In this document: one piece after another, positions 18,191-26,479 of the stretch
How the letters are laid out: each line of letters starts with the position of its first letter
Position numbering within the stretch: the first letter of the stretch is position 1
Source of the DNA: Xanthomonas campestris pv. campestris str. ATCC 33913
GTDB taxonomy: Bacteria; Pseudomonadota; Gammaproteobacteria; Xanthomonadales; Xanthomonadaceae
Reading direction: 5' to 3'
NCBI RefSeq assembly: GCF_000007145.1
Contig: NC_003902.1
Span: forward strand, 3,446,497-3,478,496
DNA: 32,000 nucleotides
The notes under the pieces: model-generated
What the model was told of the DNA's origin: nothing
What the model saw: only the letters and a program-made list of their open reading frames with translations
Databases searched by the model: none
Made by a program: the position numbers and the translations under genes

Positions 18191-19372
18191 TTACGCCGGC
18201 CAACGCTGCGCCAACGCCTGCGCCAACTGCGCCGGGTCGCCGGAAAGCATGCCTTGCTGCGCCAGGCGCGCGGCGGCGGCCGGGTCGTAGCAGCCATCGG
18301 CGGATTGCCCGGCTACCCAACCACCCTGCCCGGCCAGGGCCAGCGTGGCCTCAACCAGTGCTTCGTTGGCACCACTGAGCATCAGCACCGCGCTGTCGGC
18401 CGGCGGCAACGCGGCCACCAGCGCCGCCGGGTCGGTCTGCGCGGCAAACGCCAATGCACCGGCCTGCTGCTGCACGCCGACCTCGTCGGACAACACATAG
18501 ACCTTGCCAGCCTCGATCGGCTGGCCAATCTCTCCCAGCTCCACCGGCAACGCCGACACCCGGCCCATCTGCCGCACCAGGTTGCCGTACTGCCCGCCAT
18601 CCAGCGCCATGCGCACCAGCAGCGGGCGCGGGAAGGCCGGCGGCAGCGCGGCCAGCAGGCGGCGGATCGCATCCGGCCCGCCAATCCCGGCCATCACCAG
18701 CACCGCACCCTCACTGGCCGCAGCCTGGTCCAGATCCACCAGCGACAGGCTGCCCGTGGACAGCGCGGCCATATCCGGCTCGCTGCGCGGACGCACCACC
18801 ACGGCCACCTCATCGACCAGGCCCCAGGTGCTGGAATCGCCCAGCGCCGATGTCGACCCAGACACCGCAGGTGCGGCCTCGGCTACGTGACTGAACATCC
18901 CATCGCCAGGCACGCGTTCGAAGGCATGCGCAGCCGCTTCCAGGTGCTGATCCAGCTGCAGGTCCGAATCCTGACGATTGGAGACGAACGCCAGGCCCGG
19001 CTCCGGCTGCAGCGATGGCTCGCTTTCGGTGCCGGGCGGCAGCACATCGGCATGGCCGTGCAGCTTGGCCGCCAGATGGCGCACCCAGCGCTGCGCTTCC
19101 CAGCCCTCGCGGCGCACGGTCAGCTCGGCTTCGTCGAAGATCACCGTGACACCGGGCATGTTGAAGGCCGGCTCCAGGGCTTCGAGCGCATCTTCGATCG
19201 ACGGCTCCAGCGACACCAGCACTGCCACCGGCTCGGCATCGCGCAGCATCTGCACATCCACCGCATAGGGATCATCCTCCAGCACGACCTGCGCGCCGGC
19301 CAGACCGAGCGCTTCACGCAGGCGCTCGCGCGCCGGACCGGGCCGGCCCAGCAGGGCGACCGGCGTTCCCAT
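18191..19372 (-). CDS. chpB: ChpB-like protein (CheB-related receiver plus methylesterase-like domains, both apparently degenerate), about 393 aa
   Basis: The C-terminal half aligns by eye with the CheB esterase domain (VLVMAGIGGPDAIRRLLAALPPAFPRPLLV... versus E. coli [30 protein letters not shown]...). The position after chpA matches the Pseudomonas/Xylella gene order. The start is uncertain: ATG at 19372 (7 nt after the chpA stop) or ATG at 19414 (35-nt overlap). Confidence 0.72.
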   Translation of the reverse strand: MGTPVALLGRPGPARERLREALGLAGAQVVLEDDPYAVDVQMLRDAEPVAVLVSLEPSIEDALEALEPAFNMPGVTVIFDEAELTVRREGWEAQRWVRHLAAKLHGHADVLPPGTESEPSLQPEPGLAFVSNRQDSDLQLDQHLEAAAHAFERVPGDGMFSHVAEAAPAVSGSTSALGDSSTWGLVDEVAVVVRPRSEPDMAALSTGSLSLVDLDQAAASEGAVLVMAGIGGPDAIRRLLAALPPAFPRPLLVRMALDGGQYGNLVRQMGRVSALPVELGEIGQPIEAGKVYVLSDEVGVQQQAGALAFAAQTDPAALVAALPPADSAVLMLSGANEALVEATLALAGQGGWVAGQSADGCYDPAAAARLAQQGMLSGDPAQLAQALAQRWPA

Positions 19373-19379
19373 AGCGCCA

Positions 19380-22300
19380 TTATTCTCGGACACGGGCGAT
19401 CCCCAGCAGGTCATACACGTTCCGCATCAGATCCAACTCTTGGTAGGGCTTGCCCAGATAACGTTGCACGCCGATCTCGAAGGCACGCTGGCGATGCTTC
19501 TCGCCACTGCGCGAGGTGATCATCACGATCGGCACCGCCTTGAAGCGCGGATCGGCCCGCATCGCGGTCGCCAATTCGTAGCCGTCCATGCGCGGCATTT
19601 CGATATCCAGCAGCATCAGGTCCGGCACGCGCTCTTCGAGCAGCTCCAGCGCCTCGACACCATCGCGTGCGGTGGTGACATCCAGGTTGTGGCGTTCCAG
19701 CACGCGGCTGGTGACCTTGCGCATGGTCAGCGAGTCGTCCACCACCATCACCAACGGTACCTGGCGCTGTGCTTCGGCCGGGGTTTCCAGTGCCGGACGT
19801 GCCGGCTGGGTGAGGTAACGGCGCACCAGCGGTGAGACGTCCAGGATCACCACCACACGGCCATCGCCGGTGATGGTGGCGCCGTAGATGCCCGGCACCG
19901 AGGCAATCTGCAGGCCCACCGGCTTGACCACGATTTCGCGGTTGCCCAGCACCTGGTCGATCGCCACGGCGGCGCGCAGATCACCGGCACGCACCAGCAG
20001 CAACGGCACCTGCGCCTGGCCATCGGCACGCGCAACCGGCTGGCCGACCAGCGAGCCCAGGTCGTGCAGCACGTATTCCTCGCCTGCGTAGTGGTAGCCG
20101 CCCTCGCCCGACTCGTAACGGGTGCGCGAGATGCGGCCGATACCGCTGACCGAACCCACCGGCACCGCGAAGGTGGTTTCGCCGATCCGCACGAACACCG
20201 CCTGGGTGACCGCCAGCGTCTGCGGCAGGCGCAGGGTGAAGGTGACGCCCTGGCCGCGCACCGAGTGGATGTCCACCGAGCCGCCGAGCTGACGCACTTC
20301 GTTGCGCACCACGTCCATGCCCACGCCACGACCAGCCAACTGACTGACCTGGTCGAAGGTGCTGAAGCCGGACGCGAAGATCAGGCCATCCAGTTCGGCC
20401 TCGCTGAGCTCCTGGCCGGGCTCGATCAGGCCGCGCTGTTCGCCACGGCGACGGATCGCCTCGCGGTCCAGCCCGGCGCCGTCGTCGGCCACTTCCAGCA
20501 CGATTTCCGAGCCTTCGCGGCGCAGACGGATTGCGATGCTGCCCTCTTCCGGCTTGCCCGCATCGCGGCGTTGCTCGGGCGTTTCCAGCCCGTGCGCCAC
20601 CGAGTTGCGCAGCATGTGTTCCAGCGGCGCGACCATGCGGTCGAGCACGTTGCGGTCCAGTTCGCCCTGGGTGCCTTCCAGCACCAGATGCACCTGCTTG
20701 CCGGTCTCGGTAGCCGCCTGGCGCACCACACGGCGCAGACGCGGCACCAGGCCGTCGAACGGCACCATGCGCGCACGCATCAGGCCGTCCTGCAGTTCGG
20801 AACTGACGCGCGACTGCTGTTGCAGCAGGCCGTCGTACTGACGCGAGAGGTCTTCCAGCACCCCTTGCAGGCCGCCCAAGTCGGCCGCCGATTCGTTCAA
20901 CGCGCGGCTGAGCTGCTGCAGGGTGGAGAAGCGGTCCAGTTCCAGCGGATCGAAGGTGCGATCGCCCTGGTCCTGCTCACGCTGATAGCGCGCAACGATC
21001 TGCGCTTCGGTTTCCAGATCCAGACGGCGCAACTGGTCGCGCAGACGGGCGTTGGTGCGATCCAGTTCGCCCATGGCGCCGCGGAAGGCGCCCAGCTGCT
21101 GTTCCAGCCGCGAACGGTAGATCGCCACTTCGCCGGCGTGGTTGACCAGACGGTCGAGCAGATCGGCGCGCACGCGCACCTGCTCCTGCTGCACACGCGG
21201 CAGGAAATCCTCTTCGACCTGACCATCCACCGGGATCGGTGCCGACAGCGGTGCCGGCTCGACCGAGGCCTTGGCGATGGCACGCACATCGGCATCGGTT
21301 TGCGGCGCGGTGCTACGGCCACGGGTGCGGGTTTCGAAGGCTTCCACCAGGTCGGTCGGCATCGCCACGGCGCGGTGCATGCCGGTGCGGGTCAACAACT
21401 GGTGCAGGCGATCGAAGCCGCGCTCGAACAGCCGCACGTCATCGCGATCGATGTCGGTGCGGTTGGCCGCCACGGCTTCGAGCAGCGATTCGATCGCATG
21501 ACCGAGATCGCCGATGGCGTTGATGCCGGCCATGCGCGCGCCGCCCTTGAGCGTGTGCAGATCGCGCTGCAGTCCGTTGAGGACATCGCGGTCTTCCGGT
21601 ACTTCTCGCATGCGGGCGATCAGGCCATCGCAATGGTCGAGCAGGTCGCGGCCTTCCTCGACGAAGATGTCGACCAGTTCGCCATCGAGCTCGTCGAAGT
21701 TGAGCGGGCCGATATCGAAGGCAGCGCCGGCATCGCTGGCGGTGGTGTCGGCCGGTGCGGCCTCTTCCACCGGCGCACTGAAGGCCACCGGCGCGGTGTC
21801 TTCTTCTGCGCTGGCTGCTGCATCTTCTGCGGTGACGGCGGGCTCTTCCTGCGCGACCTGTTCGACGTGCTCGTCCTGCTCGGCGTGCTCGTCACGCGTG
21901 GCGTCGCGCAACTGCGCAGCGTACTGATCGCTGCTGCCATCGGCAGCTTCGGCGAATTGGTCGTTGCTGCTGTCCGCACCGCCAGCGGCGGCGTCCTGCG
22001 CCGGTGCAGCGTCGGCAATCGCCTCGCTCGGCAAGGTGTCGGCCAGCGGATCGCCGGCTTGTTCCACACGGTCGGCGACCTGCGCCATCTCGAACGCCTG
22101 CACCGACTCGATGGTCTGCGCCGGCACGCTGTCGCCTGCCTCTGCGTGCTCCCGCGGTGCGTCGTCCAGTTGCGCTGCGTCGGTCTCGCTGGATGCGGCA
22201 AATGCATCGAGTGGCTGCGCGCCATCCACCGCCAGCAACGCGGCCTCGTCAGCCACCTGCTGGTCGTGATCGTGGGCGGCGGCGCCGTCCTGCGTGTCGA

Positions 22301-25300
22301 AGTGCTCGGACGGCTGCACGTGGTCGTGCGGCAGTTCGTGCTGCTCCTGCTGCCCGGAATCCTGCATCGCGTGCGTGGTGTCCACGCTATCCAGTGCGGC
22401 GGTTTCCGGTGTCCATTCTTCGGCTACCGGCGCATAGGCACCATCGTTCGCGTCGGTCCCGGCGTGCACCGCTTCCAACGCGTCGATCGTCTCGACCGAC
22501 GTATCGGCCGCGTGTTCGTCGCGATCTTGATCTTGCTGCCCGGCATGCTCACCCAGAGCATCGGCGTCGGCGTGCGTCTGCTCGGAAGGCTGTTCGCCCT
22601 GCTCGGCCTGCAGGTCGCTCGACGCGTGCTGCTCGGCCTGCGCCTCATCCAGCGACGGCACGTCCAGAGTCTGCGCATCGCCCAGGCGTGCTTCGGCCTC
22701 GGCAAGTTCATCGACGGCCACCGCATCGCTCGCCGCAAAGGTCGCGGCCTCTGTCTCGGCGTGCGCGGTGCGCTCGGCCTGGTCAGCTGCGCGATCCGTC
22801 GTCGCATCCTCGTGCGTCCGATCACCAGCATGCGCATCGACATCGGCCGGCGCGGTGGTCTGCAGATCGGTCGCGTCCCAGGCATCGGCGGCAAGCACCG
22901 GTTCGTCGGCAACCGTGTCCTGGGCGGTGGTCAGTTCGGCATCGGCATCGCTGTCGGCCTGCTGGGTGTTCTCCAGCGAGGCATCGGCCGACATCGGCAC
23001 CGCGTCGATCGCTTCACGCAGTTGCTGTTCGAGCTCGGCGGTGTCGCTGATCGCTTCGCGCGGCGCGGCGTCGTCCAGCGACAGCGCGCTGCTGTCGTCG
23101 GCTTCGGCGGTGGCCAGTTCGTCGACTGCAATTGGCGCGTCGTCCTGCGGCTGGGCGTCCAACGCCGCGTCGCCGGTGGTCTGTGCAGATATATCGCCGG
23201 TGGTCGCCAAGGCATCCGCATCGACGTAGCGCGACAGGTCTTCCACACCCGTCAGTTCGATGCCGGCGGTGTCCTGCGCGGTATCCACCTCTTCCAGTTC
23301 GTCCAGGAACACCTGTGGCGGCCACTGCGCTTCCGGCAGCTCGTCCACCAGCCCGCGCAGGCGCTCGGTGAGCGGCGCGAACGACGGAATCAGCGGCGCA
23401 TCGGCGCGCAGCGCGGTCACCGTGGTGGCGATCGCCGCCGCGGTGGCAGCCAGCGCTTCCACGCCCTCTGCAGACGGCGTGGCCGACGCGCCGAGCAGGC
23501 GCTTCACATAGCTTTCGGCCGGCGTGGTGACCAGGGTGATTTCCGGCACGTCGGTCATGGCGAACGCGCCGCTCATGGTGTGCACGGCACGCAACAGTTC
23601 TTCGGTTACCAACTGCGGGCCGTGCTGGGCGGCCTGCAGCCAGCCGTGCACGGTTTCCAGATGGGTGGCGACTTCCGCTTCCAAAATTTCGCGCAACACG
23701 CTGTCCACCGACGCGGGCGTGCCTTCGGTGATCGGCGCGGTGCCGGCGGGCAGCGCCGGGATCACCGGCGCCTCGGCCACGGCCTGCACGGCGGGCACGT
23801 AATAGGCTTCTTCGCCAGCGGCCACGCGCTCGGCCACGGCCTGGATGTCCGGCAAATCGGCGCTGATGCGGCCCTGGTCGCGCAGTGCGGCGTTGAACTG
23901 CGGCAGCACCGCGTAGGCCAGTTCGACCATCGCCACCACCGCCGGGCTGGCCGGCCGCGAGTTGTCGAGCACGCGGTTAAGCATGCTCTCGATCTTCCAG
24001 CTGAACTCGCCGAGTGTGCTGGCGCCCACCAGACGGCCACTGCCCTTCAGGGTGTGGAAGACACGGCGGATCGGGCGCAGGTTTTCCTGGCTGTGCGGCG
24101 CAGCGCGCCACACCGGCAGCAGCTGCCCCAGGTTGACCAGTTCCTCGTCGAATTCTTCCAGGAATACGTCGCGGATGTCGTCATCGATATCGCTGTCGCC
24201 GAAGCCGCCGAAAATACCGGCCTCTGCCGCGACCGGCGCAGGCGCGTCTGCAACCGGCATCGCTGCCGCATCGGCGGTTGCCGGCGTGGCGGGTGCGCCA
24301 TCAACGTCGAACTGTTGGGCAGCGGCATCCAGCTGCGCCAGGAACGCGGCAGACGCATCGTCCAGCTCGAATTCGCTGACCGTGGCCTGCTGTACGCGCG
24401 GGCCCGCGGCCTCGGTGGTCGGTTCGGCCGGTTCCGGCGTCGGCTCAGGCGCCGATTCCACGAACGGGTTGTCGTCTTCCTGCGGGGGCGGCGGCGAGAA
24501 CGCATCCTCGAGGCTGCCGGCACGCTGCGACTGCACCGGGGTGATGAACTCCAGCGGCGCAATGGTGTCTTCGCCCGGCAGGTCGATCTGCTCGATCTGC
24601 AGCGGAGCCTCCTCGGCCACCACCGGCACGACAGGCACGTCCTGTTCCAGCGCACTCAGATCGACGGTATAGCTGACCTGCGCGGCCTCGGCATCGCTGC
24701 CGTCCTGCTCGGCCGAGACCGGGTCGAACGCCGACAACGTCGGCGGTGCGCTCTGCTCGGTGGTGTCCAGCTGCCAGCTGCCCGACGCCTGCGCGCCGTC
24801 ATCGGACAAGGCCACCGGGGTAATGGTGAAGGGCACGTGCGACTGGCCGGACACGGTTTCTTCCGCAGCCACCGGGTCGAACGAGAACACGCTGTCGGTT
24901 GCCGCAGCGCCGGTGTCCTGCACCGCGCTGTCGGCAAACGGCGCTTCATGCACGGTCTCGCTGGCCCATTCCAGCGACGCAGCGGGCGCGGCGTCGTTGG
25001 CGGCCGGGTTCGGCTCGCTGAGCTGCTGTGCGAACGGCACCACCGCAGGCTGCGGTTCGGCCGCGCCAGGTTGGTCGGCACCCACCGGCAGTTCGGACGG
25101 CTGGCCCGACGGCAACGGCCAGTAACGCAGGGTTTCCAGGCTGTTGCGGGTGATGTCGAGGATTTCCTCGCGGCCGGGACGGCGCTCGCGCAGGGCTTCC
25201 AGGTAGTACTCCAGGCTGGCCATGGCATCGGCCAGGGTGTCCAGCTGGCGACCACTGGGAACGCGCTGCTTGCCGATCAGTTCCAGATCGACATAACGGC

Positions 25301-26366
25301 GCACGCCTTCCAGGTAATCGGCGGCCTGCGGCAATTCCAGAATTCGCAGCGCACCGCCCACTTCGCCCAGCAGATGCGGCACGTCGGTGAGGCGGGCGTG
25401 GTCCCAGTTGGTTTCGATGAAGGCGACGAAGTGTTCGCGCGCGGCACCGAAGTTGGCAATCGCTTCCTGCGCCAGCACGTCGACCGTGCGACGCACTTCC
25501 GACGCGCTGGCACTGGTGCTGGCTTCATCGCCGGCTTCGCCGACGTCGGCACCGAGGCTGGCGACCTGATCGTCCAGCGAGGCATCCACGTACAGCAGCG
25601 CGCCGGCAATATCCAGCAGCACGCCTTCGTCCATCTGCACCTGGCCATCGACCACGCGGGCCAGCGCATCACGCTGCTGCACCACCACGTTGCGTGCAAC
25701 ACCCAGGCCCATCATGCCCAGCGTGTCGGCCACGCTGCCGAGTTCCTTGACCTGGGTCTGCAGCTCGGCGATGTCGCCACCGGTGCGCAGATGCAGGTCC
25801 AGCGCGTCCTTGACGCGCAGCAGTTCTTCCTTGACCGCATTGCCGACGGTGTCGAGCAATTCGCGGTTACGTCCGCTCAGGCTGCCGCGGGCGTGATCCA
25901 GCTCGGCCTCGGTGGCAACACCGGCCTGCGGATCGAAGGCGAACAGCACGCTCTCGTTGAGACCCGGCTGGCCGCGCGTGGCACGGATCTCGTTGAGCAG
26001 CGGCAGCAGCACGATCGGAATGTCGCGGTGGCCGTTTTGCAGGCGCTCCAGGTAATCGGGCAGCAGCACGGTGCCGCGCATCAGCATCGCGCAGGCCTCG
26101 TCGCGGTCGCTGACCTCACCGGCCTGCACCGCGTTGGCGAGCAGTTCCAGTTCTTCGGCCACCATCGCCGGCGCGTACAGCTCGACCATCCGCAACGTGC
26201 CCTGCACCTGGTGCAGATAGCCCGCGCAGAACCGCATCCGACTGGTGTCGGACGGTTCTTCGGCGAAGTACTCGATCTCGTTGCGCGCCTGGCGCAACGT
26301 TTCATCCAGCTCCGGCTTGACCCAGCCCAGTGCGGCGTGGCTCATCGCATCGCGAAGCGCACTCAT
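19380..26366 (-). CDS. chpA: ChpA/PilL hybrid histidine kinase of the type IV pilus chemosensory system (multi-Hpt, kinase core, CheW domain, C-terminal receiver), about 2328 aa
   Basis: Hpt motifs FHTLKGSGRLVG, VHTMSGAFAMT and LHTLKGGARMAG. HATPase boxes (HMLRNSVAHGLE, VADDGAGLD, GRGVGMDVV). A CheW-like domain. Receiver PLVMVVDDSLTMRK...DLMLLDIEMPRMDGYEL...ITSRSGEKH...YLGKP. The chosen start is the ATG at 26366 (MSALRDAMSHAALGWVKPELD), 51 nt inside the track ORF. Confidence 0.93.
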   Translation of the reverse strand: MSALRDAMSHAALGWVKPELDETLRQARNEIEYFAEEPSDTSRMRFCAGYLHQVQGTLRMVELYAPAMVAEELELLANAVQAGEVSDRDEACAMLMRGTVLLPDYLERLQNGHRDIPIVLLPLLNEIRATRGQPGLNESVLFAFDPQAGVATEAELDHARGSLSGRNRELLDTVGNAVKEELLRVKDALDLHLRTGGDIAELQTQVKELGSVADTLGMMGLGVARNVVVQQRDALARVVDGQVQMDEGVLLDIAGALLYVDASLDDQVASLGADVGEAGDEASTSASASEVRRTVDVLAQEAIANFGAAREHFVAFIETNWDHARLTDVPHLLGEVGGALRILELPQAADYLEGVRRYVDLELIGKQRVPSGRQLDTLADAMASLEYYLEALRERRPGREEILDITRNSLETLRYWPLPSGQPSELPVGADQPGAAEPQPAVVPFAQQLSEPNPAANDAAPAASLEWASETVHEAPFADSAVQDTGAAATDSVFSFDPVAAEETVSGQSHVPFTITPVALSDDGAQASGSWQLDTTEQSAPPTLSAFDPVSAEQDGSDAEAAQVSYTVDLSALEQDVPVVPVVAEEAPLQIEQIDLPGEDTIAPLEFITPVQSQRAGSLEDAFSPPPPQEDDNPFVESAPEPTPEPAEPTTEAAGPRVQQATVSEFELDDASAAFLAQLDAAAQQFDVDGAPATPATADAAAMPVADAPAPVAAEAGIFGGFGDSDIDDDIRDVFLEEFDEELVNLGQLLPVWRAAPHSQENLRPIRRVFHTLKGSGRLVGASTLGEFSWKIESMLNRVLDNSRPASPAVVAMVELAYAVLPQFNAALRDQGRISADLPDIQAVAERVAAGEEAYYVPAVQAVAEAPVIPALPAGTAPITEGTPASVDSVLREILEAEVATHLETVHGWLQAAQHGPQLVTEELLRAVHTMSGAFAMTDVPEITLVTTPAESYVKRLLGASATPSAEGVEALAATAAAIATTVTALRADAPLIPSFAPLTERLRGLVDELPEAQWPPQVFLDELEEVDTAQDTAGIELTGVEDLSRYVDADALATTGDISAQTTGDAALDAQPQDDAPIAVDELATAEADDSSALSLDDAAPREAISDTAELEQQLREAIDAVPMSADASLENTQQADSDADAELTTAQDTVADEPVLAADAWDATDLQTTAPADVDAHAGDRTHEDATTDRAADQAERTAHAETEAATFAASDAVAVDELAEAEARLGDAQTLDVPSLDEAQAEQHASSDLQAEQGEQPSEQTHADADALGEHAGQQDQDRDEHAADTSVETIDALEAVHAGTDANDGAYAPVAEEWTPETAALDSVDTTHAMQDSGQQEQHELPHDHVQPSEHFDTQDGAAAHDHDQQVADEAALLAVDGAQPLDAFAASSETDAAQLDDAPREHAEAGDSVPAQTIESVQAFEMAQVADRVEQAGDPLADTLPSEAIADAAPAQDAAAGGADSSNDQFAEAADGSSDQYAAQLRDATRDEHAEQDEHVEQVAQEEPAVTAEDAAASAEEDTAPVAFSAPVEEAAPADTTASDAGAAFDIGPLNFDELDGELVDIFVEEGRDLLDHCDGLIARMREVPEDRDVLNGLQRDLHTLKGGARMAGINAIGDLGHAIESLLEAVAANRTDIDRDDVRLFERGFDRLHQLLTRTGMHRAVAMPTDLVEAFETRTRGRSTAPQTDADVRAIAKASVEPAPLSAPIPVDGQVEEDFLPRVQQEQVRVRADLLDRLVNHAGEVAIYRSRLEQQLGAFRGAMGELDRTNARLRDQLRRLDLETEAQIVARYQREQDQGDRTFDPLELDRFSTLQQLSRALNESAADLGGLQGVLEDLSRQYDGLLQQQSRVSSELQDGLMRARMVPFDGLVPRLRRVVRQAATETGKQVHLVLEGTQGELDRNVLDRMVAPLEHMLRNSVAHGLETPEQRRDAGKPEEGSIAIRLRREGSEIVLEVADDGAGLDREAIRRRGEQRGLIEPGQELSEAELDGLIFASGFSTFDQVSQLAGRGVGMDVVRNEVRQLGGSVDIHSVRGQGVTFTLRLPQTLAVTQAVFVRIGETTFAVPVGSVSGIGRISRTRYESGEGGYHYAGEEYVLHDLGSLVGQPVARADGQAQVPLLLVRAGDLRAAVAIDQVLGNREIVVKPVGLQIASVPGIYGATITGDGRVVVILDVSPLVRRYLTQPARPALETPAEAQRQVPLVMVVDDSLTMRKVTSRVLERHNLDVTTARDGVEALELLEERVPDLMLLDIEMPRMDGYELATAMRADPRFKAVPIVMITSRSGEKHRQRAFEIGVQRYLGKPYQELDLMRNVYDLLGIARVRE

Positions 26367-26479
26367 TGCAGCCCCCTGACAACGACCGCACGACCGCAAT
26401 TGCGGCGCTTGGCCCATTCCTGCATCGACGTAACGCGACTACGCGCCATCTGCTGATCCTTTCCCGTTCCGCGTCGTGG

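Noticed and set aside
20064-26456. A 2130-aa ORF on the plus strand, antisense to chpA
   Set aside because: It lies exactly antisense to a gene with unambiguous domain content. Its translation is Arg/Gly/Ala/His-rich low-complexity with no motifs. Long stop-free antisense frames are expected in very GC-rich coding DNA.
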